Shown piece after piece: positions 6,847 through 15,508 of a DNA stretch of 43,448 bases. The stretch is taken from positions 1 through 43,448 of the forward strand of contig JAQTSI010000002.1 in NCBI GenBank assembly GCA_028711365.1, read 5' to 3'. The translations under genes were made by a program, and so were the position numbers. The stretch is from Methylococcaceae bacterium. Lineage in GTDB: Bacteria > Pseudomonadota > Gammaproteobacteria > Methylococcales > Methylococcaceae. Position 1 is the first letter of the stretch; each line of letters starts with the position of its first letter. The notes under the pieces are model-generated. The model had not been told where the DNA came from. It was given only the letters and a program-made list of their open reading frames with translations, and made no database searches.

Positions 6847-6871
6847 GGTTGCATGATAGGTTGCTGGTTGC
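6847..6871. repeat. Three direct GGTTGC repeats upstream of the capsid-module genes; candidate operator or activator site
   Basis: GGTTGC occurs at 6847-6852, 6859-6864 and 6866-6871. A TTGAAT (6831-6836) lies just upstream. Confidence 0.4.
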
Positions 6872-6889
6872 ATCCCCTTAACACGAGAC

Positions 6890-7156
6890 ATGTACATGAG
6901 AAAACTACCCGCTCCTTTTGGCATCTGCCCGGAATGCGCCCTCGATGAGCGCCAAACTTTTCCCGTTCCTGGCCTTCCTGGAACACTTCAATCGTACTGC
7001 CCGCACCACCAGGCCGGCGCTATGCTGAACCTATACGCCCCCCGTCCTCTGTGGACGATTTACACGCCGCTGAGCGCAGATGAATGGCAAGACCTGGTTG
7101 CCGACTCCTCAGTGACCCTGAGTCGTGCCTTGCAGCAAGGCGAGGTGAAGTACTGA
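6890..7156 (+). CDS. Hypothetical small protein (88 aa) with a CxxC...CxHH motif, possibly zinc-binding
   Basis: The ORF contains CPEC and CPHH motifs. Its stop overlaps the next start (ATGA at 7154-7158). Confidence 0.5.
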   Translation: MYMRKLPAPFGICPECALDERQTFPVPGLPGTLQSYCPHHQAGAMLNLYAPRPLWTIYTPLSADEWQDLVADSSVTLSRALQQGEVKY

Positions 7157-7581
7157 TGCAATCCCTGCTATTTAGACCGCAACCCAAACAGCGCAAGGCC
7201 CCGCCCGATCTTGCCGAGCTGGTCCTGGCGCTACGGGAGGGGCGACCGGTTCAGCAAGAGGCGCGGATACGGTTGTTGTTCGGCCTGGAAGACTGGATGC
7301 AATCCCCCGAGTTGTCGCTGGATACTGCCCTGGGGCTCAAGGGCACGCGTCAGCCGCGCGCCATTCGCGACGAAGCCCTGCGCCAGATGGCCAACTTGAT
7401 CCCCGGGTCAACGGATGCGAAGTGCCAGTGCATTCTGGGCGTCGTCGAACAAGCTCAACTGGCTGAGCCGCTTGGAGATGAGCCGCAGATTATGCGCCTG
7501 GCGAGGATGGCCTTGGCGAGTGGGTTGCGCATACCCGGAACTGTCCGTCGATTGCGCGACATCCTGGACGGCGCGAAGTAA
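7156..7581 (+). CDS. Hypothetical protein (141 aa) immediately upstream of the capsid gene
   Basis: The ATG at 7156 overlaps the upstream stop. I recognise no family. The track ORF from 7084 overlaps the previous gene. Confidence 0.55.
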   Translation: MQSLLFRPQPKQRKAPPDLAELVLALREGRPVQQEARIRLLFGLEDWMQSPELSLDTALGLKGTRQPRAIRDEALRQMANLIPGSTDAKCQCILGVVEQAQLAEPLGDEPQIMRLARMALASGLRIPGTVRRLRDILDGAK

Positions 7582-7648
7582 ATTTCTTCAGTTTTTCAGT
7601 TCAAAATCATGGGGTAATCTGTTCCTGAATCCATTTCAGGGGCAGCCC

Positions 7649-9469
7649 ATGACTCAAATTTCCTACCGCTTTGCCTTGCTGGGAAAGCCCGATACGGCAG
7701 CCCGCACCGTGGAAGCCAGCCTGGCATCCGAAGCCCCCACGTTGATCGACGGCTGGAACGAAATCCTTGACCTATCAACCGGCTCAGTAGACCTCACCCG
7801 GGCCCGTGACGGCTTGCCGTTGCTGTTTTGCCATAAGCCCGATCAACCCATCGGCATTGTTGAGAACGTCCGCCTCGAGAACCGCAAGCTACGGGGAACG
7901 CTGCGCTTTGGCACCAGCCCGAAGGCTGAAGAAATATGGGCCGATGTTGAAGCCGGCATCCTTCGAAATGTTTCCATTGGCTACCGCGTCCTGGCGACCA
8001 AGCCGGAGGGCAAGGGCGCTGTCCGCGTCACCCAGTTCGAATTGATGGAAGCTTCCATCGTGTCCCTGCCAGCCGATCCCAGTGTCGGGGTTGGCCGATC
8101 TTTTAATATGACCCATGAGAATTCAACTATGACTTCCAATACCGCAACCGATCCCGTCACTACTGAGCGTGAACGCTGTGCCGAGATTACCGGCATGTGC
8201 CAGGTTCATCGGGTCCCCGATGAAACCCGAGATGACATGATCCGAAACGGAACTCCCGTCGAAGAGGCCCGCGCCATCACCCTGGGCATCATGCAGCGCA
8301 GATACACGATTGAATCCGCTGCCGTCCACACGTTCACGCCCACCAGCGAAGGCATCGGCTTGAGCGAGCGCGAGGCCCGTCATTTCTCCATTGTCCGCGC
8401 GATCAATGCCGCCTGTTCGGGTGACTGGCGCGGGGCCGTCTTTGAGCGCGAATGCAGCGATCTGGTTTCCAAGCGCATCGGCCGCACCAGCCCGAACGGT
8501 TTCTTTGTACCCGTGGAGGCGCTATCGGTTCGGGCACCCTACAGCACCGGCGCCAGCGCCACCGGCGGCGCTTTGGTGGCCACCGAGTTGCGGGCGGAAG
8601 CCTTTGTTGACGTGCTGCGCAATCGCACCCAAGTCTTGAACATGGGCGCAACCTTGTTGCCAGGGCTGGTGGGCAATATCGACATCCCGCGCCGAACCGC
8701 ACCGACGCCGGCCTATTGGGTGACCGGCAACAATGACAACATCACCGAGGGCGAAGGCACCTTCGACAAGATCAGCCTGTCACCGAAAACCATTGGCGCT
8801 TTGAGCCAGTACAGCCGTAACATGCTGTTGCAGTCCACGCCCGCCATTGAATCCCTAGTGCGCAATGACTTGGCGATGGTATTGGCCCTGGGTGTGGATC
8901 TGGCCGCGATTGCCGGCACCGGAACGGCGAACCAGCCGCTGGGCATCCTCAACACGCCGGGCATCGGTAGCGTGGTGGGTGGCACCAACGGCGCGGCGCT
9001 CACCCTGGATCATCTGATCGCCCTGGCCAGTGCGGTCGAGCAGGCCAATGCCAACGGTCCTTCCAGCGGCTTCCTGTTGAACGCGGCATCTATCGCGGCC
9101 TTGAGCCGGCTCAAGAGTACGACGGGCCAATATCTGTGGGAGCGCGGCACCGACTCGCCGAGCTTTGGGCCCATCGCCGGCAAACCGGACACCGCGGGGA
9201 TGTTGAGCATCCTGGGATACCGTGCCGCAGTCACCAACCAGCTTCCGGCCAACCTGACCAAGGGCACCGGAACGGGTCTATCCGCCCTGATCTTCGGCAA
9301 CTGGGCCGATCTGATCATCGGCGAATGGGGCGTGCTGGAAATCATCGCCAATCCTTATGGCAGCGGGTTCGCATCGGGCAGCGTCCAGATTCGCGCCATG
9401 CAATCCCTGGATATTGGCGTGCGACATGCGGCTTCCTTCGCCGTCATGTCCGATGCGATCACCGTGTAA
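7649..9469 (+). CDS. Fusion protein: HK97-family prohead serine protease (Peptidase_S78/U35-like) plus linker plus HK97-fold major capsid protein
   Basis: The N-terminal ~150 aa carries LPLLFCHKPDQPIG (His62), NVSIGYRV (Ser109) and ELMEASIVSLPADP, typical of HK97 gp4-type proteases. The C-terminal part carries GGALVATELRAEAFVDVLRNRTQVLNMGATLL...TFDKISLSPKTIGALSQYSRNMLLQS...LAAIAGTGTANQPLGILN, typical of Phage_capsid (HK97 family). There is no stop between the domains. Start chosen at 7649 (AGGGG upstream); the track ORF from 7415 overlaps the preceding gene. Confidence 0.85.
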   Translation: MTQISYRFALLGKPDTAARTVEASLASEAPTLIDGWNEILDLSTGSVDLTRARDGLPLLFCHKPDQPIGIVENVRLENRKLRGTLRFGTSPKAEEIWADVEAGILRNVSIGYRVLATKPEGKGAVRVTQFELMEASIVSLPADPSVGVGRSFNMTHENSTMTSNTATDPVTTERERCAEITGMCQVHRVPDETRDDMIRNGTPVEEARAITLGIMQRRYTIESAAVHTFTPTSEGIGLSEREARHFSIVRAINAACSGDWRGAVFERECSDLVSKRIGRTSPNGFFVPVEALSVRAPYSTGASATGGALVATELRAEAFVDVLRNRTQVLNMGATLLPGLVGNIDIPRRTAPTPAYWVTGNNDNITEGEGTFDKISLSPKTIGALSQYSRNMLLQSTPAIESLVRNDLAMVLALGVDLAAIAGTGTANQPLGILNTPGIGSVVGGTNGAALTLDHLIALASAVEQANANGPSSGFLLNAASIAALSRLKSTTGQYLWERGTDSPSFGPIAGKPDTAGMLSILGYRAAVTNQLPANLTKGTGTGLSALIFGNWADLIIGEWGVLEIIANPYGSGFASGSVQIRAMQSLDIGVRHAASFAVMSDAITV

Positions 9470-9551
9470 CGATTTGCTTCCTGCGGGAAAACCGCCTATC
9501 GGGCGTGGCGGATAAATAACCACCGGCGTGTTCTCTCGGGAACACAACACG

Positions 9552-9587
9552 GCCCTTCCCTTTGGTTCCTGGGGAAGGGCTTTTTTA
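9552..9587 (+). terminator. Rho-independent terminator after the capsid gene
   Basis: The GCCCTTCCC (9552-9560) / GGGAAGGGC (9572-9580) stem is followed by TTTTTT. Confidence 0.75.
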
Positions 9588-9596
9588 TTGCCTTCT

Positions 9597-9627
9597 ATTT
9601 CTCTCCAGCGTGGCCCCGGTGTGGCCC
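9597..9627. repeat. Right copy of the 31-bp direct repeat (candidate arm-type integrase site, opposite arm)
   Basis: Identical to 825-855. It lies 58 nt inside attR, whereas the left copy lies 116 nt inside attL. In the excised circle the two copies would flank the att core. Confidence 0.6.
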
Positions 9628-9640
9628 GAAAATTTCGGGC

Positions 9641-9685
9641 AAAATAAAAAGGGCTTGCCAATAACAGGCAAGCCCTTGTTTTTTC
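9641..9685. terminator. Bidirectional intrinsic terminator between the element end and the tRNA 3' end
   Basis: The sequence is an A-run, GGGCTTGCC (9651-9659), a 7-nt loop, GGCAAGCCC (9667-9675), then a T-run. Confidence 0.7.
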
Positions 9686-9744
9686 TTGGTACCGAGAGCC
9701 GGAATCGAACCGGCACGGTGTCACCACCGCCAGATTTTGAGTCT
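9686..9744. repeat. attR: right copy of the 59-bp direct repeat, forming the 3' part of the intact tRNA-Leu
   Basis: Identical to 650-708. Confidence 0.9.
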
Positions 9745-9773
9745 GGTGCGTCTACCAGTTTCGCCATCTCGGC
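9687..9773 (-). tRNA. tRNA-Leu (anticodon CAA)
   Basis: The minus strand reads GCCGAGATGGCGAAACTGGTAGACGCACCAGACTCAAAATCTGGCGGTGGTGACACCGTGCCGGTTCGATTCCGGCTCTCGGTACCA. It has a 7-bp acceptor stem (G1:U72), anticodon loop CTCAAAA, a long variable arm, T-loop GGTTCGATTCC and an encoded CCA. Confidence 0.9.
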
Positions 9774-9864
9774 CTTTCAGATGACAATATGATAACGAAT
9801 ATTTGACACAAACGCTAGATGTCCCGGTATGATTTTCTCCCGGTCGACTGACTACCCATCCATC

Positions 9865-10896
9865 ATGACTCGAGAGGCGCCATCCTTGTCGCATTGCCAT
9901 GCTCATCACCACCAACCCAAGGCAGGAAGGACGGGTTTGCGTCTAGCCGTCGCGGGTTTGATCACCCTGGGCTTTGTGGTTTTCGAAGCCGTTGCCGGGC
10001 TCTACGCCAATAGCCTGGCTCTACTCACCGACGCTGCCCACAATTTGACCGATACCCTGGCTTTGGGTCTGAGCTGGTACGCCCATCGGCTGGCGAGCCG
10101 TCCTGCCCATGCCGGCAAGACCTTTGGTTACCACCGGGCCGGGATTCTGGTGGCTCTACTCAATTCCTCCACCCTGGTCCTGATCGCTGTTGCGATCTTC
10201 CACGAGGCCTGGGGGCGGTTTTCAGCACCGCCGGCGGTGGCTTCCGATATGTTGATGACCGTGGGGGGGGCAGCTTTCACGATCAATTTGCTCACCGCCT
10301 GGCTAGTGCACCATGGCAGCGAGCAGGATCTGAATCTGCATAGCGCTTTCTTGCACCTGATGGGCGATGTGTTTTCCACCTTGGGCGCCATCGCGGCGGG
10401 CTTGGGAATATGGCTGACCGGCAAGCAATGGTTGGATCCGGCTGCCAGCGTGCTCATCGGTTTGCTGATCTTATGGAATGCCTGGACCATCCTGCGCGAG
10501 ACCTTGACCATCTTACTGGAGGCTACACCGGTCGATATCGACATGAGCCGGATGGTGCTGGATTTCCTTCAAGTGGAAGGCGTACGCGGGGTGCATGACC
10601 TGCATGTCTGGAGCATTTCCCGCAGTATCCGCCTGCTTTCCGCCCATATCGTCACCGACGACATCTCCATCGCCGAGGGAGCGAACATCCAGCGCAGCCT
10701 GGGTATGCTCATGCGCGAAAAATACGGCATCGACCACTCGACCCTGCAATTGGAATGCGAGGGCTGCGAACCCGATCTATTGTATTGCGACATCAGCAAA
10801 CGCCATTCACCCGGGCTAGACGGCTCGGTAAAACAGTCGCACCGCGGAGAGGATGGCAAGCCCGGCCAGTACCATTCCGCCGAACAGGGTTCCTGA
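9865..10896 (+). CDS. Cation diffusion facilitator family transporter (CzcD/ZitB-like), with His-rich N-terminus
   Basis: It carries HCHAHHH, ALLTDAAHNLTD, HLMGDVFSTLG and the C-terminal VHDLHVWSI signatures of CDF proteins. The start is uncertain (9829 or 9865). The 3' end overlaps the convergent lplT by 81 nt. Confidence 0.85.
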   Translation: MTREAPSLSHCHAHHHQPKAGRTGLRLAVAGLITLGFVVFEAVAGLYANSLALLTDAAHNLTDTLALGLSWYAHRLASRPAHAGKTFGYHRAGILVALLNSSTLVLIAVAIFHEAWGRFSAPPAVASDMLMTVGGAAFTINLLTAWLVHHGSEQDLNLHSAFLHLMGDVFSTLGAIAAGLGIWLTGKQWLDPAASVLIGLLILWNAWTILRETLTILLEATPVDIDMSRMVLDFLQVEGVRGVHDLHVWSISRSIRLLSAHIVTDDISIAEGANIQRSLGMLMREKYGIDHSTLQLECEGCEPDLLYCDISKRHSPGLDGSVKQSHRGEDGKPGQYHSAEQGS

Positions 10897-12018
10897 CTGG
10901 ATGGCGTTGATTCCCCATGGGATGGACAGGGTGTAAAGCCCGATCATCGCCAGCATGGCGAGGTTTTCGAATAGATTCTGTATAGCCACGGCGTGGCCGG
11001 CGCCCACGGTTTCATGGCCTCTCTCCTGCAACAAGGCGTTGAGGGGCACCACGAACAGGCCGCCACACAAGCCGATCACCGCCAACAGTAGCGCGGCTTC
11101 CATCAATCCGGTTGCCCTCATCAGTGCAATGATCACGGGTCCCAGCAACAGGCCGGGAAGCAGCACCCGGTTCACCGTGTCCAAGCGGATCCACATCGAA
11201 GCCAGCGCCGCACCTAAGGCGATGCCTACGGCCACCGCGGCATTGAGGTTGGCCGGGGTGCTGGTATCGTTCAGTTCCAATGCCAGGGGAGTCCAGGCCA
11301 CCAGCAATAGACGCAGGGTCGCACCGGTTCCCCAGAATAGGCTGGTGCAAGCCAGGGAAAAGCGGACATCGCGATCTTTGATCAGGGCCCAACTCGCCTG
11401 AACGAAATCCACGATCAGCGCGCGGGGATCGAGCCCCTCTCCGGGATGGACCGCCGGCAGCTTCGGAATCGCCAAATTCGCCAGCATGGCGACGGTATAA
11501 CAACCGAGCACGCTCCACAGGGCCAGATCGATGGATCGGTCCGCCAGCCAGCCGCCGGAACCGACACCGAGCAGGATGGCGACGATGGTGGAGCCTTCCA
11601 TCATGCTGTTGACTTTGACCAGTCGGTCGGGCCCTACCAACTCGGACAGGATGCCGTATTTAGCTGGGGAATAGGCTGCCGCTCCAATTCCTACCAGCCC
11701 ATAGGCGAGCAACGGATGAGCTCCCGCCAGCATCGCCCCTGCGCCGAAGAATTTCAGTCCGTTGGATAGCAGCATGACGCGACCTTTAGGCAGGGCGTCG
11801 GCGAAAGGTCCGGCGAATGGCGCCAATACCACAAAAGCCAACACGAAGAATTCCTGCAACAACGGAACCCATTCCTCGGGACGATGCTGCGATCGCACCA
11901 GGGCGATGGCCGCGAACAGCAATGCGTTATCGGCCAGGGCAGAGAGGAATTGGGCGATCAGAACGGCGGCCAATGCGCGTCCAGGAGGAGTAGGGGATGA
12001 GATGTGAATGTCCGGCAT
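10816..12018 (-). CDS. lplT: Lysophospholipid transporter LplT (MFS)
   Basis: AQFLSALADNALLFAAIALV, PFAGPFADALPKGRVMLLSNGLKFFGA and GAAAYSPAKYGILSE closely parallel E. coli LplT. Confidence 0.8.
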   Translation of the reverse strand: MPDIHISSPTPPGRALAAVLIAQFLSALADNALLFAAIALVRSQHRPEEWVPLLQEFFVLAFVVLAPFAGPFADALPKGRVMLLSNGLKFFGAGAMLAGAHPLLAYGLVGIGAAAYSPAKYGILSELVGPDRLVKVNSMMEGSTIVAILLGVGSGGWLADRSIDLALWSVLGCYTVAMLANLAIPKLPAVHPGEGLDPRALIVDFVQASWALIKDRDVRFSLACTSLFWGTGATLRLLLVAWTPLALELNDTSTPANLNAAVAVGIALGAALASMWIRLDTVNRVLLPGLLLGPVIIALMRATGLMEAALLLAVIGLCGGLFVVPLNALLQERGHETVGAGHAVAIQNLFENLAMLAMIGLYTLSIPWGINAIQSGTLFGGMVLAGLAILSAVRLFYRAV

Positions 12019-12027
12019 AAATTATGA

Positions 12028-12243
12028 CTAGGGTTCGAGCGTGAGATCGGTTTTTTCGATCCCCAGTTTTCGACCGCCATCCAGTTTGTTCTGAATGCAA
12101 AATATTATATGGTCGCCGAGCGCTTTCTGGGCGGTGGGTTCGGAGGGATAGGGCCCCATCGTGCCTTCTCTCGCATCGAAATACCATTCCATCACGCCGG
12201 TATTCGGGTTGCGTTGGGAAAAAACGCGCTGTAATTGAAACAT
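12028..12243 (-). CDS. Hypothetical small protein (71 aa)
   Basis: Clean ORF directly downstream of lplT; no family named. Confidence 0.4.
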   Translation of the reverse strand: MFQLQRVFSQRNPNTGVMEWYFDAREGTMGPYPSEPTAQKALGDHIIFCIQNKLDGGRKLGIEKTDLTLEP

Positions 12244-13398
12244 CGTGAGAACTCACCGCTTAAAGTAAGCCGCAGAGGATGACGTGATCGTGAAATCGGA
12301 AGGAATTCATTGGGCCATCAAAGGAAATAATAGCATCATTTTGAGCCACTCCCGATGATGGCCTGAGTTCGTCAGTCATGGTGATTTGGACCGAAGCCAT
12401 GCAAAACGCCTTGACATTACCCGCCAAGAGGTGAAGCCATGATCGGACGCTCGCCCTTTCATCAATCACTTGTGCGGCTTCAATTATCCCCTATGGTTGA
12501 GGGCAGATCACCGCAAAGGTGGCAAGTAGGTAAGCATAAAAAATTTGGTAGCCCTGATATGATCGTCAGCCATGTCCTTTATTTCGACCGCCATCGACCA
12601 TCGTTCATGCGAACGCGGACCGGCTTGCGAGGCGGGGTTTCGGGCGGGAGGCCCACCGAAACCAGCAGTTGATCCCGTTCGGCGGGCGTCAATTCGTAAT
12701 GATTCCTCGCCTTGAGCCCAGCCGGCAAGACGATGCTGCCGAACCGAATGCGGATCAGCCGGCTTACCGCGACATTCTGCGACTCCCACAAGCGGCGTAC
12801 GATGCGGTTGCGGCCTTCCTTGAGGGTGACGTGGAACCAGCGGTTGGCGCCTTCGCCGCCGGCTTCCTCGATGGTCTCGAAATGGGCCGGGCCGTCATCC
12901 AGTTCGACGCCTTTTTTCAGCCGTTCGATCATCTCCTCGCCGATCTGTCCTAGGACGCGCACGGCATATTCGCGCTCGATCTGCTGGGAGGGGTGCATGA
13001 GTTTGTTGGCCAACTCGCCGTTGTTGGTGATCAGCACCAAGCCCTGGGTATTGATGTCAAGCCGACCGATGCTGATCCAGCGGCCGATTTCCAGCCGAGG
13101 TAACTGGGTGAAGATCAGCGGCCGGCCTTCGGGGTCGCGGCGGGTGACCACTTCCCCAGTGGGTTTGTGATAGATCAGCACTCGGGTGGCCTGGTTGAAA
13201 CGTTTCTCCACGTTCACCGGGCGGCCCCGCACCGTCAACCGGTCGCCTTCCTTCCAGCGATCGCCCAATTTAGCGGGATTGCCGTTGAGCAGGACTTCGC
13301 CGTTTTTGATCCATTCCTCGATCTCCCGGCGGGAAGCCAGGCCGGCATGGGCCAGCACCTTCTGTATGCGTTCACCGTCGCCTGATGCCGCCGTGGAA

Positions 13399-14022
<624 letters not shown>

Positions 14023-14023
14023 C

Positions 14024-14833
14024 TCAGCCTTGCACGGCGGCCATGGGACGAACCTGCAATTCGCCCAAGGGGTCTTCCTGGATGATTTCGATCAGCCGCT
14101 CCTTGCACAATTCCAAAATAGCCAGCAAAGAGACCACCGCCCCTTGTCTTCCTTCACGGCGATGGAACAATTCGGTGAAGGCGATCAGCGGAGTCTCCTT
14201 GAGCCGGCTCAACACGCTGGCCATGCGCTCGCGTACCGACAGGGGTTCACGCAGGATGCGGTGATGAGTGGAGCGGTCGGCTCGCCGCAAGACTTGCTCG
14301 AAAGCCAGCAGCACCTCCTGTAGATCCACCATCGGATAGACCTTGCGCACCGTCACCGTGCTGCAATCCACCCCACCCGGTTCGAACAGGTCGCGCTCGC
14401 AACGCGGCAACTTGTCCAGATCTTCCGCCGCCGCCTTGAAGCGCTCGTATTCCTGCAGGCGGCGGACCAGTTCGGCGCGGGGGTCTTCCTCCTCCGCCTC
14501 CGCGCTCTCGGGCCGGGGCAATAACAGACGGGACTTGATCTCGGCCAGGATGGCCGCCATCAGCAGATATTCCGCCGCCAGTTCCATGCGCAATTGAGTC
14601 ATCATGTCGATGTAGGCGATGTATTGCCGGGTGATGGCGGCGATGGGAATATCCAGGATATCCAGGTTTTGTCGGCGAATCAGATACAGCAGCAGGTCCA
14701 GTGGGCCCTGAAAAGTTTCCAGGAAGACTTCCAAAGCATCCGGTGGGATATACAAATCCTCGGGCAGATCGGTGAAGGGAGCGCCGTTGATCACGGCGAT
14801 GGGCGTCACCGCCGTTTCACTGTTTTCGCTCAT
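14024..14833 (-). CDS. scpA: Segregation and condensation protein A
   Basis: FQGPLDLLLYLIRRQNLDILDIPIAAITRQY is the ScpA N-terminal signature. Confidence 0.85.
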   Translation of the reverse strand: MSENSETAVTPIAVINGAPFTDLPEDLYIPPDALEVFLETFQGPLDLLLYLIRRQNLDILDIPIAAITRQYIAYIDMMTQLRMELAAEYLLMAAILAEIKSRLLLPRPESAEAEEEDPRAELVRRLQEYERFKAAAEDLDKLPRCERDLFEPGGVDCSTVTVRKVYPMVDLQEVLLAFEQVLRRADRSTHHRILREPLSVRERMASVLSRLKETPLIAFTELFHRREGRQGAVVSLLAILELCKERLIEIIQEDPLGELQVRPMAAVQG

Positions 14834-14842
14834 GCCAAAGGC

Positions 14843-15490
14843 TTACAGCCCTGCGATGGCATGCATCAGTCCCAGCAGGATGGAAAGCGGCAAGCCCAGG
14901 ATATAGGACAGCACATGGGTCACCATCAACAACAATAGGATATAGAAGCCGTAAGGCTCGATCATGGAAAATTTATAGCCCAACCGGGGTGGCAACAGGC
15001 CGACCGCGATTCGTCCGCCATCCAAAGGAGGCAAGGGCAATAGATTCAGCAGCATCAACAGCAGGTTCATGAAAATGCCGGCCTCGCCCATGAGTCCCAA
15101 TGGTTGGGTCAAAAAATCGGAGTGGAGATACACGGCCAGCCGCACCATCAGCGCCCAAAATATCGCCATCAGCAGGTTGGCGGCGGGGCCGGCCACGGCC
15201 ACCAGGGCCATGTCACGCCGGGGATTGTGCAGTTTGCCGAAATCCACCGGCACGGGCTTGGCCCAGCCGAAGATGAACCCGCCCATGGCCAGCAGGATGC
15301 CGGGGACCAGCAGGGTGCCGATGGGGTCGATATGATGCAGGGGGTTCAAGGAGAGCCGGCCCATGCGTTCGGCCGTCCGATCACCCAGTTTCATGGCCAC
15401 CCAGCCATGGGCCACCTCATGCAAGGTGATGGCGAACAGCACGGGCAAGGCCCAAACCGATATTTTCTGAACCAGGTTCAATTCTTCCAT
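14843..15490 (-). CDS. Site-2 protease family (peptidase M50) membrane metalloprotease
   Basis: It has the HEVAHG zinc motif, is polytopic, and has LPPLDGG. Confidence 0.8.
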   Translation of the reverse strand: MEELNLVQKISVWALPVLFAITLHEVAHGWVAMKLGDRTAERMGRLSLNPLHHIDPIGTLLVPGILLAMGGFIFGWAKPVPVDFGKLHNPRRDMALVAVAGPAANLLMAIFWALMVRLAVYLHSDFLTQPLGLMGEAGIFMNLLLMLLNLLPLPPLDGGRIAVGLLPPRLGYKFSMIEPYGFYILLLLMVTHVLSYILGLPLSILLGLMHAIAGL

Positions 15491-15508
15491 TGGGGGAATG
15501 TATCCGAA

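Larger units (their letters stand above)
650..9744 (+). mobile_element. Integrative element (9,036 bp repeat-to-repeat) inserted in tRNA-Leu(CAA); satellite-like int-xis-rep-ori-capsid organisation
   Basis: It has perfect 59-bp att repeats, a full-length integrase next to attL, an excisionase-type HTH and a DUF3987 replication protein. It also has an iteron block and a protease-capsid fusion ORF. All genes are on the + strand, several with ATGA start/stop overlaps. Confidence 0.8.

Noticed and set aside
7415-7648. Upstream extension of the capsid ORF (track start 7415, 684 aa)
   Set aside because: It overlaps the preceding gene by 167 nt in another frame. The protease homology begins only after the ATG at 7649, which has an AGGGG RBS.
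9811-9832. TTGACA...TATGAT promoter for the CDF gene
   Set aside because: The spacer is about 19 nt, which is too long, so this is only a weak candidate. I used it only as a mild argument for the 9865 start.
10816-10896. 81-nt overlap of the convergent CDF and lplT genes as a regulatory feature
   Set aside because: It is most simply explained by an unconstrained C-terminal tail of the CDF ORF running to the first stop. No structure or motif is seen.
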